The notes beneath the pieces are model-generated. The model was given only the letters and a program-made list of their open reading frames with translations, searched no databases and was not told where the DNA came from. From Verrucomicrobiales bacterium (GTDB lineage Bacteria > Verrucomicrobiota > Verrucomicrobiia > Limisphaerales > Palsa-1400): DNA of 64,000 nucleotides. The stretch's first letter is position 1; every line of letters begins with the position of its first letter. The stretch covers positions 2,304 to 66,303 of the forward strand of contig PLIU01000248.1 of NCBI GenBank assembly GCA_003140095.1, in the 5' to 3' direction. A program made the position numbers and the translations under genes. Shown here in pieces: positions 44,697 to 55,500 of this stretch.

Positions 44697-47600
44697 TCAT
44701 TGCGTGCGGAGAATGTAAAACCGTTGCAGAACCTCTGCGCTGACCGCATTGGTAAGAGTAATGGAGAAATTCCCGCTCGCGCCCAAGAGATTGGTCGCCG
44801 CCGGCGTCCATTGGCTCAATGGCAGGGCCAGATTCGTGCTGGTCAGCACAAGATAGGTGTTGCCGGACTGCCCGTTGGTTCCGTTAAGGACAAGATTTGC
44901 CCCCGCCACGCTCAGCCCGGCGATGCCCGGCTGCGCCGGATAAACACTGATGGCGTCCAGGCCGAGAAAACTCGGGATGTCCAGGAACCCGAACTCCAAC
45001 ACCGTATTCGTTCCCGTTGCCAACACCTTAAACTGCAGGTTGGTCCACCCGCTGCTCGCGGGCATATTGGTCTGGTTAAACAGTGTCGTGGCATTCCACG
45101 ACACCAGAAACACATTCGGGCTTAACCCATCCGGGCTGTTCAGCCACAACGAAAGCACATACGGCTCGCCTTCGGTCGTCGCCAGTGTTTGCGAAAGATA
45201 GCTGAGGTTGGTCGCCCCCAATACCGCATAATAATTCCCAGAATGCGGAAAAACCCCATTGATCGTGTTGGTGACAAAATTATCCGCCGGATCTCCGCCG
45301 AACAGATTCCATCCCGTGAAATCCCCCGTCTCAAACCCGCCGTTTTCGACCAGCCCCAAATACACCGGCATCAGTGTCACCAGGATCGACATCGCCTCTC
45401 CGGCGAGCGGGACGCCCGCGCTGTTGGTTTCCACCACCGACGCCGCGAAATGGCCGACGGCCGTGTAGGTATGCGACGGGTTCTGCGCCGCGCTGGTTGA
45501 ACCATCCCCAAAATTCCAATTCCAATTCACGACCGGATTGGTTGCGCTATCGACCGCCGCCGCGGTGAAGCTTACTGGCAGCGGGACATAGCCGCTGCTC
45601 GGATGGGCGGTGATGGCAATCCCCGCCAAGGCCTTCGTGGGCGCGGTCCCAAATGTCGAGACCCACCCGGTCGCGCCCGGCAAATAGTAAACCGTCGCGT
45701 GGCTATCACTGGCGAATACCGTCGAATCATCTGGAGGCGCATTCCCCTCGAAATAGGCCGCCGCCAGGCCGCTGCAGTAGGCAAACGCATAATCGCCCAC
45801 GCTGCTGACCGCGCTCGGAATGAGGACGGTCGTCAGCGCGGTGCATTCGTTGAACGCGGAATACCCTATGCTTGTCAAGGTCGCCGGCAGCACGAAATTG
45901 GTCAGGCCAGAACAATCCTCAAACGCCGCCACCCCGATGTCCGTCAGCCCGTCCGTCATGGCTACGCTGCCCAAGTCAACGCAATCGAAGAAGCAGAGAG
46001 ACTCGATGTTGGTCACGCTGGCCGATATCGCCACGCTGGTGATCGGGCATTCCTCGAACGCCTGCGAACCTATGTCCCCCACGCCGTCAGGAACGGTGAA
46101 ACTGCCTGGCAGGCCGCCCGGGTATTCAATAAGGATGGTTCCAGCCTGATTATACAGCACGCCACTGAGGCTGCTAAGGGCTGAATTTCCTGCTGCCACC
46201 GTGATTGCCGTCATGTTGATACAGTTTGCGAACGGAATCTCACCCAGGTTTGTCACGCTGGCAGGGAGGACAATGCCGGTCAGGCCGTTGCAAAAAGCGA
46301 ACGCCTCGTCCCCGATGCTCGTGACACTGTCCGGGATGGTGACGCTCGTCAAGAGGCCGCAACTCTCGAACGAATAATTCCCGATGTTCGTCACGCTGGC
46401 CGGAATGGTGACACCGGCCAGCTTGCAGGAATCAAACGCCTCATCTCCGATGCTCGTGACGCTGTTGGAAATTGCATACGACGTTCCAGGCTTGCCATCC
46501 GGATATTCCACCAACTCCGTCTGGCTTTTGTTGAACAGCACTCCCGCCACGCTCGTGTAGGCCGGATTGGCCGGATCCACCGTTATCGCCGGCAGAAAGT
46601 TGCAATACAAAAACGCCGCCTCACCAATACTGGTCAGCGCGGCGGGAATCATGACGTTCGTCAAGCCGTCGCCGAAAAACGCATTTTGCCCCAGGCTCGT
46701 CACGCTGTCAGGAATCGCCAGATTGCTCAGATCGGGACACGAGGCGAAGGCATCGTCGCCGATGCTCGTCACCGTGCCGCGAAACGTTACTTCGCTCAGG
46801 CTGAAGCAGTCCTCGAACGTCCCAGGTCCGATGTTGGTGACGCCCTCCGAAATGGTCACCGTGACCAAACCCGAGCATGAACTGAACGCGTATTCCCCAA
46901 GATTCGTGACGCTGTCCGGAATCGTCACGCTCGTCGGGGTGCTGGCACTGGAGAATGCTTGCGCTCCTATGCCCGTCACCGCCAGGCTGTTGATCGTCGA
47001 GGGAATCTCCACCACGCCCCCCGGCCCCGTGTAGCCAGTGATCGTGATGCTCCCCGTGTTGGTCACAAAAGTGAAATCCGACGCCGGCGCAGCTTCTTGC
47101 GTATAGGCGCCCGACGCCGAATTGGTGACATCGGCGTTGACGGAAACCATTTGATTGCTCGGCGCCGTCCACCCGTTCACCGTCGTGAAACTCACGGTGT
47201 GTGTCCCCACCGTTAGGCCCAAAACCGTCGCCCCGCTCGGCTGCACCAGCCCGTCATCCACCTGCCATTGCGCTCCGGAAGCCACCGCTCCGGCCGGAAG
47301 GATCGTCACCTGCAGCGAACCATCTGGACTCGGCGCGCCCTCTATCACCGTCGTCATACTTTCAAACGTGGAGCTCCACCCGCTCGTCCCCGCCAGGTAA
47401 TAAACCGTCGCGCTGTCGCCCAGGAACGCTGAGTCCGATATGGGCGCGTTACCCTCAAAATACACGCTGCTCAGGCCGTCATAGGCGAACGCCCCATAGG
47501 AGAGATCCCCGACGCCGGCGGAAATGGTCACGGTTGCCAACTTGGGACAGTCAGCAAACGCAAACACCCCGATGCTCGCGACGCCGTTGAACATCGTCAC

Positions 47601-48740
47601 GTTCGTCAGGCTGCCGCAGCCTTGCAACGAATCCAATCCAATGCTGGCGACATTGCTGGAAATAATAACGTCGGTCAGGTTGCAGTCCTCGAACGCATTG
47701 TCAGCGATGCTGGTCACGCTGCTGGGAGTCGTGTAGCCGCCCGAAAAGCCGGGCGGAAATTGAATCAGTGTCGTTTGGCTCTTGTCAAAGACCACGCCTT
47801 TGACAGAGCTAAAGAACGTGTTGCTCGCATCCGCGTTGATCGCCGTCAACTGGTCGCAGCCTGCGAAGACCGCCGTGGAGATGGAGCTTACGCCGGCACC
47901 CAGCGTGACGTTGGTCAGCCCGGCGCAATCCGAGAACGCTCCGTATTCGAGGCTAGTGACGCTGGCTGGCATCGTTACGCCGGTCAAGCCATCGCACAAA
48001 ATGAAGGCCTCCGTCTCAATGGTCATGACCCCGTTCGGAATCGTGTAGCTTCCGTTCAGTCCTGTCGGATATTCCAGCAGCGTTGTCTCGTTCTTGTCGA
48101 ACAACACCCCGCCCACGCTGCTGAACGACGAATTTCCCGCCGCCACCGTGATGGCCGACAGGGTGTCGCAATTAATGAACGCGTCCGACCCGATGCTCGT
48201 CACACTGTCGGGAATCGTCACGTTGGTTAGACTGAAGCAATATCCAAACCCCATCGCCCCGATGTTCGTCACGCTGTTGGTCATCGTCACCCCGCTCAAA
48301 TCGTAACACGCCGCGAAAGCACTCTGTCCCACGCTGGTCACGTTCGTTGGAATCGTGTAACTCCCGCTCATCCCTGGCGGATACTCCAGCAGCGTCGTGC
48401 CGCTCTTATTGAACAACACTCCGCCGGCGCCGCTATACGCCGGGTTGTTGGAATCCACTGTGAACGAAGTCAGGTCGTCATTGGGCGCGAACTCCTGCGC
48501 CTGGATGTTTGTCACGGTGTCGGAAATAGCGACGCTCGTGATGCCCTTGTCTTCGAATCCTGAGCCTTGGATCTCCGTCACCGGCAGGCCGCCAAGGGTG
48601 CTCGGGATGGTCACAGCCCCGCCCGGCCCCGTGTAGCCGGTAATGATGGCCGTGCCATTGTTGGTGATAAAGTCGAATTGCGCCTGCGCCGCCGGAGCGG
48701 TCAGTAACAGTAACACAAAAAAGAGCCGATTCGTTTTCAT
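44697..48740 (-). CDS. Giant secreted leucine-rich-repeat (BspA/LRR_5-type) surface protein with Ig-like and PKD-like domains
   Basis: Signal MKTNRLFFVLLLLTAPAAQA. Dozens of ~23-aa units (IPDSVTSIGDEAF..C..LTSVTI) in two blocks split by an Ig-like module. PKD-like FGDGSTSAAQNPSHTYTAVGHF. A C-terminal module ends in QRFYILRTQ. Confidence 0.85.
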   Translation of the reverse strand: MKTNRLFFVLLLLTAPAAQAQFDFITNNGTAIITGYTGPGGAVTIPSTLGGLPVTEIQGSGFEDKGITSVAISDTVTNIQAQEFAPNDDLTSFTVDSNNPAYSGAGGVLFNKSGTTLLEYPPGMSGSYTIPTNVTSVGQSAFAACYDLSGVTMTNSVTNIGAMGFGYCFSLTNVTIPDSVTSIGSDAFINCDTLSAITVAAGNSSFSSVGGVLFDKNETTLLEYPTGLNGSYTIPNGVMTIETEAFILCDGLTGVTMPASVTSLEYGAFSDCAGLTNVTLGAGVSSISTAVFAGCDQLTAINADASNTFFSSVKGVVFDKSQTTLIQFPPGFSGGYTTPSSVTSIADNAFEDCNLTDVIISSNVASIGLDSLQGCGSLTNVTMFNGVASIGVFAFADCPKLATVTISAGVGDLSYGAFAYDGLSSVYFEGNAPISDSAFLGDSATVYYLAGTSGWSSTFESMTTVIEGAPSPDGSLQVTILPAGAVASGAQWQVDDGLVQPSGATVLGLTVGTHTVSFTTVNGWTAPSNQMVSVNADVTNSASGAYTQEAAPASDFTFVTNTGSITITGYTGPGGVVEIPSTINSLAVTGIGAQAFSSASTPTSVTIPDSVTNLGEYAFSSCSGLVTVTISEGVTNIGPGTFEDCFSLSEVTFRGTVTSIGDDAFASCPDLSNLAIPDSVTSLGQNAFFGDGLTNVMIPAALTSIGEAAFLYCNFLPAITVDPANPAYTSVAGVLFNKSQTELVEYPDGKPGTSYAISNSVTSIGDEAFDSCKLAGVTIPASVTNIGNYSFESCGLLTSVTIPDSVTSIGDEAFAFCNGLTGIVLPASVTNLGEIPFANCINMTAITVAAGNSALSSLSGVLYNQAGTILIEYPGGLPGSFTVPDGVGDIGSQAFEECPITSVAISASVTNIESLCFFDCVDLGSVAMTDGLTDIGVAAFEDCSGLTNFVLPATLTSIGYSAFNECTALTTVLIPSAVSSVGDYAFAYCSGLAAAYFEGNAPPDDSTVFASDSHATVYYLPGATGWVSTFGTAPTKALAGIAITAHPSSGYVPLPVSFTAAAVDSATNPVVNWNWNFGDGSTSAAQNPSHTYTAVGHFAASVVETNSAGVPLAGEAMSILVTLMPVYLGLVENGGFETGDFTGWNLFGGDPADNFVTNTINGVFPHSGNYYAVLGATNLSYLSQTLATTEGEPYVLSLWLNSPDGLSPNVFLVSWNATTLFNQTNMPASSGWTNLQFKVLATGTNTVLEFGFLDIPSFLGLDAISVYPAQPGIAGLSVAGANLVLNGTNGQSGNTYLVLTSTNLALPLSQWTPAATNLLGASGNFSITLTNAVSAEVLQRFYILRTQ

Positions 48741-49199
48741 TTGTAGTTTAACCTCCCCGACAGTCGCGTGACCAATTCAGTCTTCCATGAACTGGCCTTT
48801 CGACGAAGTTCCAATAATCCCCAGCCGCGGCAATGAGTCAACACAATTGGTAATGTTCTCCGCGCGGAAGGCGCACCTCACTTTTTGTTCAGCCTTTTCC
48901 ACAGTTTGACGGCAAATTCGTATTCATGAGTGATTTGGAGCTTAAATCTTATTTATTTTAAACGTTAGGATAAGAAAATACATGGCTGGCTATAATCTGC
49001 GCTATTAGGTATTCACCCCATAAGAGTCCCGTCGAACCCTGCTCCTCCGTCCCATTGTTGCGTCAAGGAACGGCGCAGTCCCGCAGTCGCCAAAGCTATG
49101 GCGGGACTAGCAGCTACCGTGCCAAAAAGAGTATGGAACCCGGCATCGTGTCAGCGCACTTATCAATGAAAAGCGACGGCGGCAGAAAGCAAAACCGGA

Positions 49200-51533
49200 T
49201 TAATCGGCGAGAAGTTCAGCGCATGAGGAGAAAGCTTGGCGGGGATTGTCCCCCGACGCGGGCTTGCCGACCACGCGCAATCCAAAAACTGTGGTTGCTT
49301 TGGCCAGCGGGCAGGTGAATTGTTCGCCGCCCGTCAGACCGGCCGCGCTTGTTGCGGTAGTCGCGGGATAATCCTTTAAAACGGCTACCGTTTTCCACTC
49401 GCCTCCCTTGCTGGTCTGCACCTGAACTTGCGGCTGGCCGGCGCTGGCATCAAACCAGCCGCCATCGTGGAAAGTCTTGCCGTGGACGAAAGTCACGCGA
49501 TTCAGCTCGGAGGGCGCGGCCAGCGTGACCGCGAACCAATCTTCAGCCGCGGGTTTGCCGTCGTACGTGACTACGAATGTGCCTGGGTCCCCGTCGGTGA
49601 TGGAACCTGCCACGTTGCCCTGGCGGGAGCGGCTTTCCTTTGCCTCCAACAGCAAATTGCCTTCGGTCTGTCCGATGGGTATCCAAACCTTATAATCGGA
49701 ACCGCTGGTGCCCGCATCGGCGAACGGTACCAGGCGAATGGGGAGAGAAGTGCCGGCCTGGGCGGACTTGGAAGCCTGCCGAGGGATGGCGTTGACACGG
49801 AATACTTGCGCTCCGGGCCAAGTTGTGAATTTCTCCGGAGCCGCTTCGGGAGTGACGGCGAGCGCCGCCAGGTCCGCACTGGGCAACGCCATGGATTTAA
49901 GGCTCGGAAATCGATCACCCAGCAGTTCCGCGTCCGCCGCCAGCACGAGCGGACCATAAAGCACGGCGAGCTTTCCGCTGTTTTTGTGATCTCCCACAAC
50001 AACCTGCGGTTCCAGTTTGAACCGGAGTTCAACGTGGTCGCCGTTTTTCCAGGAGCGTTGGACCGCCACATACCCATCCAGCCCGGGCGAGAGAGACACA
50101 GGTTGGCCGCCAGCCAGGACCGAAGCCGTGCGACACCAGGCGGGTATGCGCAGCTTGAGGGCAAATTTCTCTTCTCTGGCAAGACCCAGCGTGATCCGGA
50201 TTTGGTCCTCCGCCGGATAGCGGGTTTGCGTGACGAGCGTCACGGGAGTCTGGTCTTTAAGTTTTAGCTGCGCGGTTCCGGCATCATAAAGGTTGACGAC
50301 TACGCCGGCGGCGTCCGTGCTGACGGCAAAAGTGGGAATGAGCGCGATACCCCGAGGCCCGCTGGAAAGGCAACAATTGCCGTTCATCATCCTGCTGGTG
50401 AAGGGCTTCTTGCCTTCCATTTGCACGTAATAGCCCCAGGCCGAGCCGTCGCACTTCTGGGCGCCGAACAATTGGTTCAGCACCACATGCTCCAACTGCT
50501 CGGCGAACCGCGCCTCCCCTGTCAACCGCAGCAGCTGGGCATTGAACTGAATCCAGGTCACGGTGACACAGGTTTCGCCGACATTGGCGACGTTGGGAAA
50601 ATCGAAGTCCCCGTGGAAAACCTCGCCGTAACTTGACGCGCCGGTGATATAAAGCCGTTGTTCTACAATGTCCTTCCAGGCGTCCAGGCAGGCCTCGAGA
50701 ATCCTGGGGTCGCCAACGGTGCGGTAGTATTCGAGGGCGCCGTTAAGACAGGAAAGCATCTCGTAGGCCTTGCCGTCGCCGACCTTGTCAACCCGCTTGA
50801 GGGCGAGCAACGTCGAGATGATTTTCGGGCCATTGGGCTGTTCCCAAGCGCGCAGGATATACTTGCAGAAGTCGAGATAGCGTTGCTCTCCGGTCAAGCG
50901 GTAGAGCAAAACCATGGGTTCAAGCACGCTTGTGGGGGCCAAACCAGCGTGCCAGCCGGCCTTGATAATGTCGCGTTTGCCGGGTTCATCTCCGAATGTG
51001 TTGCACAAAAGGTCACCCATGCGCCGGCAGGCGGACAGGGGCTCCATGTTGCCCGTGTAGCGCATATAGGTAATCAAGCCGATCAGATTGTACTTATGCG
51101 ACCACACGTCCCATTCCGTCCAGCGGTCCTTATCGAGATAGGTGCCGAGATAGCCGTCTTCCTCCTGGCACTTGATCAATTCGGAAGCTGTGTAGTCCAG
51201 TTTCTCGCGCAACGCCGGGTCGCCCGTGTTGACCCAAGCCAGGGTGGCCGCGTGCAGCCACTTGCCTACGTGTTCGCCATCGTAAGTCTGAATTGACGGC
51301 CGGTGGCGGAAACCCTCCAGCAGCGGATTGACGTCAACTTTTGCGAGGCGGTTCGTTTCGTTGGCCTCGATCCGGGCACCGAGCCAGCCGGTTAAACGCA
51401 CCAGGTCGGGTTCGATAAAGGCCTGCCGATCCGCCACCGCGCAGACTACCTTGTCTGGGATCGGTGTGATGGCCGCTGACGACGACCCCGTGACCGCGTT
51501 GACGGCAAGCAAAAATCCGACGACTAACCACAT
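49200..51533 (-). CDS. GH127-like (DUF1680, beta-L-arabinofuranosidase family) glycoside hydrolase with a C-terminal extra domain
   Basis: From ATG 51533: signal MWLVVGFLLAVNAVTG, GEHVGKWLHAATLAW, WSHKYNLIGL, GETCVTVTWIQFNAQLLRLTGEARFAEQLEHVVLNQLFGAQ, and CCLSSGPRG. Confidence 0.82.
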   Translation of the reverse strand: MWLVVGFLLAVNAVTGSSSAAITPIPDKVVCAVADRQAFIEPDLVRLTGWLGARIEANETNRLAKVDVNPLLEGFRHRPSIQTYDGEHVGKWLHAATLAWVNTGDPALREKLDYTASELIKCQEEDGYLGTYLDKDRWTEWDVWSHKYNLIGLITYMRYTGNMEPLSACRRMGDLLCNTFGDEPGKRDIIKAGWHAGLAPTSVLEPMVLLYRLTGEQRYLDFCKYILRAWEQPNGPKIISTLLALKRVDKVGDGKAYEMLSCLNGALEYYRTVGDPRILEACLDAWKDIVEQRLYITGASSYGEVFHGDFDFPNVANVGETCVTVTWIQFNAQLLRLTGEARFAEQLEHVVLNQLFGAQKCDGSAWGYYVQMEGKKPFTSRMMNGNCCLSSGPRGIALIPTFAVSTDAAGVVVNLYDAGTAQLKLKDQTPVTLVTQTRYPAEDQIRITLGLAREEKFALKLRIPAWCRTASVLAGGQPVSLSPGLDGYVAVQRSWKNGDHVELRFKLEPQVVVGDHKNSGKLAVLYGPLVLAADAELLGDRFPSLKSMALPSADLAALAVTPEAAPEKFTTWPGAQVFRVNAIPRQASKSAQAGTSLPIRLVPFADAGTSGSDYKVWIPIGQTEGNLLLEAKESRSRQGNVAGSITDGDPGTFVVTYDGKPAAEDWFAVTLAAPSELNRVTFVHGKTFHDGGWFDASAGQPQVQVQTSKGGEWKTVAVLKDYPATTATSAAGLTGGEQFTCPLAKATTVFGLRVVGKPASGDNPRQAFSSCAELLAD

Positions 51534-51583
51534 TTTAGGGGTACGTTTCACAATGAATGCTTTCAGGAGATTCTCCGCGAGTG

Positions 51584-52435
51584 TCAATAATAGAAATACG
51601 GGGAGCCGGAGGCGCGGTTCATCATCTGGTTGAAAGGGCGCCACTCGACATGGCCGTCCATCATCCCGATATTTCCCCCTTTGGGAATGGACCTGCCCTC
51701 CAGGTGCGCGCTGATGTGGCCTTTGTAAGCGTTGTCATACTTATAACCGCCATCAACGTCACTCCAATTGTAAATTACCATCCAATCATAGGAGTCATTG
51801 TTGCCGCTATTGTTGAGTGTGGCGCAGGCGGTGAGGGGTCGCTTGGAGAGATTGCCGATAAGCACGCCGCCAGGATGGGTCTCCGTGCCTGGAGTCGAGG
51901 TCGCGCCCAGTTTTTGGTTCGTGTTGGTCGCGAACTCACCGGCGTAGGACGGCGTGTTATAAAAGGTCAAGGCGTATCCCGTGACCCGGTAACCGGTGCC
52001 CTCCTTTGCGCCTGGATCGGGCCATGGAGCATTGTCCCAACACCAGAGGGAGGGGTCACCGCCGGGCACCGTGCCGTAGGGCACGGCGCCAAACCAGTCC
52101 GTGGGGCCGAATTTGGGCGCTGTTCCCGGATCATACCAAACCTGTGGCGTCGTTCCCGCCTGCGTCACCTGGTTGGCGAGATAGACGTCCATGTCCCAAC
52201 ACCAAGAGCCGTACGAGCCGTCGGGGAGAAAATCCTTATTTTCCCCCGCGTACATCGTGAAGGCCAGCATCTGCTGTTTTTGGTTGCTCATGCACTGGAC
52301 GTGGACAGCTTGCAACTTGGCCTTGGCCAGGGATGGGAGCAGCATGGCAGCGAGGATCGCGATGATGGCGATCACGACCAGCAGCTCGATTAAGGTGAAG
52401 CCGCCTGTGCGGCTTCTGTTTTCTTCCGTTTTCAT
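51584..52435 (-). CDS. Prepilin-type N-terminal cleavage/methylation domain protein (pseudopilin-like)
   Basis: GFTLIELLVVIAIIAILAAMLLPSL N-methylation motif after a short leader. C-terminal GGNIGMMDGHVEW, typical of the expanded PVC-group family. ATG 52435 (alternative 52456). Confidence 0.85.
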   Translation of the reverse strand: MKTEENRSRTGGFTLIELLVVIAIIAILAAMLLPSLAKAKLQAVHVQCMSNQKQQMLAFTMYAGENKDFLPDGSYGSWCWDMDVYLANQVTQAGTTPQVWYDPGTAPKFGPTDWFGAVPYGTVPGGDPSLWCWDNAPWPDPGAKEGTGYRVTGYALTFYNTPSYAGEFATNTNQKLGATSTPGTETHPGGVLIGNLSKRPLTACATLNNSGNNDSYDWMVIYNWSDVDGGYKYDNAYKGHISAHLEGRSIPKGGNIGMMDGHVEWRPFNQMMNRASGSPYFYY

Positions 52436-52582
52436 TTTAATGCCAACCCATTTCATTGTTTACGATAGCCGCAAACCCATGTTCACTCAACTCCCAGCCA
52501 GGATGACCTTCCTTCATCTCGGCGGCGATTGGTTCCACGGGGACACCAGCTCCGCCGAGAATTAGAAGATCCAATGCGTGGC

Positions 52583-55500
52583 TTAATTCGCCTTCACCCG
52601 ATAGAACATCTGCGGTGCGCTCGGCGTAAAGGTAAACGGTGACGGAGCCGGGTTCGTGGTCCACGGCCCGGTCAAGTTGGTCGCTTGTTCCAGCGTGCCC
52701 GACGGCCAGGTTAACTGCAGACTCGAACCCACGAAGCCAAGCTGCAGCGTCAGCGGAGGCCCGCTCAGTGTCGCCGCCATGAGCGTGACGTTGCCCCCGC
52801 CATAGTCGGCGGCGCAAGTGACGCTGACGGTAAGAGTCTGGTTGGTTGAGCCTGCGGCAAACTGCAGGGTATAGGCGTCCGCGGAGCCGATGCTATTACC
52901 GCCTGGATCACTAAGACTCTCGTTGGCATAGGGTGGAGACGAAGCGTCACTAAGCGAGGCCTGAAAGTTGACGATTGTGCCATAACCGCCCGCATAGACT
53001 GTGAGAAGCTTCTTCGTCGTGTCTGCCGGAACGGTGATTTGGTAGCCGTTGTTTAGGCCACTATAGTAAATCCCGGTCGTCGTGTTTGTCACTGCTCCGT
53101 CGGGCGTGCCATCGCTCCAGGAAATGGCGATGACCGCATTGTTAAATAGATCCGGGCCGTTGCCGGGACCGATGGCCGTGACGTCGCTGATTTCATTTGT
53201 GACCCCTGCTTTTTGTTCTAAAAAATTGAGCCCTGCCCCGGTCGGCACTCCCCAATCGGCCCAGTCCAGCGTGCCTTCCGCAGTCAGGTTGACGTTTGCC
53301 GGGGCTGTGGCCGCGCTGCCGATCAGGGTTCCAGCAATGGGCAGAACGGTCAAAGTGGCCACGCTGCTCGTGGCGGCGCCGTAACTGTTCGTGACCACGA
53401 CATAGTAATTGGCCGCATTGGCAAACACCAGGTTGCTGACGGTCAAGGTCGGCGTCAGCGAGCCGGAGATTTGGCCTGAGTCGGCTAGTGGGGTATAGAC
53501 GCCGTTCGACTCCATCAACCATTGGTAGGACAAGGGCGCCGCACCCTCCACCAGCGCCGTAAGTTGCGCGGTCGTCGCGACATTGTTCGTCAGGGAAGCA
53601 GGCTGGCTCACGATGTTCGGCTTCGGGCCGGCCAATGTGGCCGCCATGAGGGTGCAGTTGCCCCCGTCGGTGGCGCAAGTGACGGTGACGGTAAGCGTCT
53701 GGTCGTTCGTGCCCGCGGCAAACTCTATCGTATAGGCGCCCGCGTGGGCGCCGCCGCCGGCAGTAACCAAACTATTATCGATATAGGGAGGGGCGCTGGA
53801 GTCACTGAGCGCGGCTTGAACTTGCACCTGGCAATTGTATCCCCCCGCATAGAGCGTGAGAATCTTCTTCGTCGTGTCTGCCGGGACGGTGATTTGGTAG
53901 CCGTTATCCAGGCCATTAAAGTATATCCCGTCCGTCTCGTTAGTTATTACCGCGTCGGGCGTGCCATTGCTCCAAGAAGATGCGACAATCGCATTGCCAA
54001 ACTGATTCGGGCCGCTGGTCGGACCGATTACCGTGACGTCGCTGATTTGATTCGTGCCGCCTGCCTCTTGTTCCAAATAATTGGGTGGTGACCCGGTCAT
54101 CTCGCCCCAGGTGGCCCAGTCCAGCGTGCCTGCGACGGTCAGGTCAGCCGTTGGCGGAGTTGGGACCGCGGCGCCGATCAGGGTTCCAGTGACGGGTAGA
54201 ACGGTCATAGTGATCACACTGCTGGTGACCGCGCCGTAACTGTTCGTGACCACGACATAGTAATTGGTGGCATCGGCAGAAACCAGGTTGCTGATGGCCA
54301 ATGAAGCCGTCTCGGCGCCGGAGATTGGGCCCGCGTCGGCAAGCGGGACATAGACACCGTTCGACTCCATCCACCATTGGTAGCTCAAGGGCAGCCAACC
54401 CTCGGCCGACGCGGTAAGTTCCACGCTCTGCGCGTTCCAGTTGGTTAGGGAAGAAGACTGAGTCGCAATGTACGGTTCCGGCCCCCTCAGTGTAGCAGAC
54501 ATGAGCTCGGTGTTGCCACCGCCTCCGTTATTGAGAAGAGAGTAAGCCAGGATGTTAAGTATTTGGCCGGGCGAGCCTGCGGCAAACTCTATGGTGTAGG
54601 CAATCGATTCATCGGCATAGGCGAGAGTCGTAATGCTCTCATCAACATAGGCCGGAGCGCTGGAGTCACTGAGCGCGGCCTCAAAGTGAAGCTTCGAACT
54701 ATACGCATCCACATAAACCTTGAGAATCTGCGCGTTGGTGCTGGCGGCGACTGAGAATTGGAAGCCGTTGTTCACGCCAGCCCAATAAATCCCGGTAAAG
54801 GAGTTGGTGACGGCCAGGTCGGGCGTGCCATCGCTCCAGGAAGCAGCCTCGGGCGCACCGTTATTTTGAGTCGGGCCGCTGGCGGGATCACCGTAGGTCG
54901 CGGCGTCGCTGATTTTATTTGTGACCCCTGCTTTTTGTTCTAATAAATTGGGCCCTGTCCCGGTCGGATCCCCCCAAGAGGCCCAGTCCAGCTCGCCTTC
55001 GGCCGTCAGGTTAACGGCTGCCGGGGCTGCCGCGCTGCTGCCGATCAGGACGCTGGTTTGTGTCAAGAGGGTCAGATTGGCCACACTGCTCGTGACCGCG
55101 CCCCAATGGTTGCTGACCACGACTTGGTAATTGGTCGCATTGGCCAGCACCAGGTTGCTGATGGTCAAAGTCGAAATCGTTGAGCCGGAGATTTGGCCGC
55201 CATCGGACAGCGGCACATAGGCGCCGTTGACCTCCTGCAACCATTGGTAGGACAGCGGCAGGCCACCAGCAGCCTGCACGTTGAGTTGTGCGGCCAGCGT
55301 CAGAAAGTTTGTTTGGGAAGCGGGCTGAACAGATATTACCGGCGCGGGCGGGGGGATTTGCAGAGTAGCCGCGGAGAGGCCGACGGTCGTGTCACTGCCG
55401 TCGGTAGCGCCTGTTACGCTGATGTAAACAGCGACGGTCAGCGTCTGGTTGGTCGAGGCGGCCGCGAACTGTATCGTGGCGAAATCTTCCGCCTGGTAGT

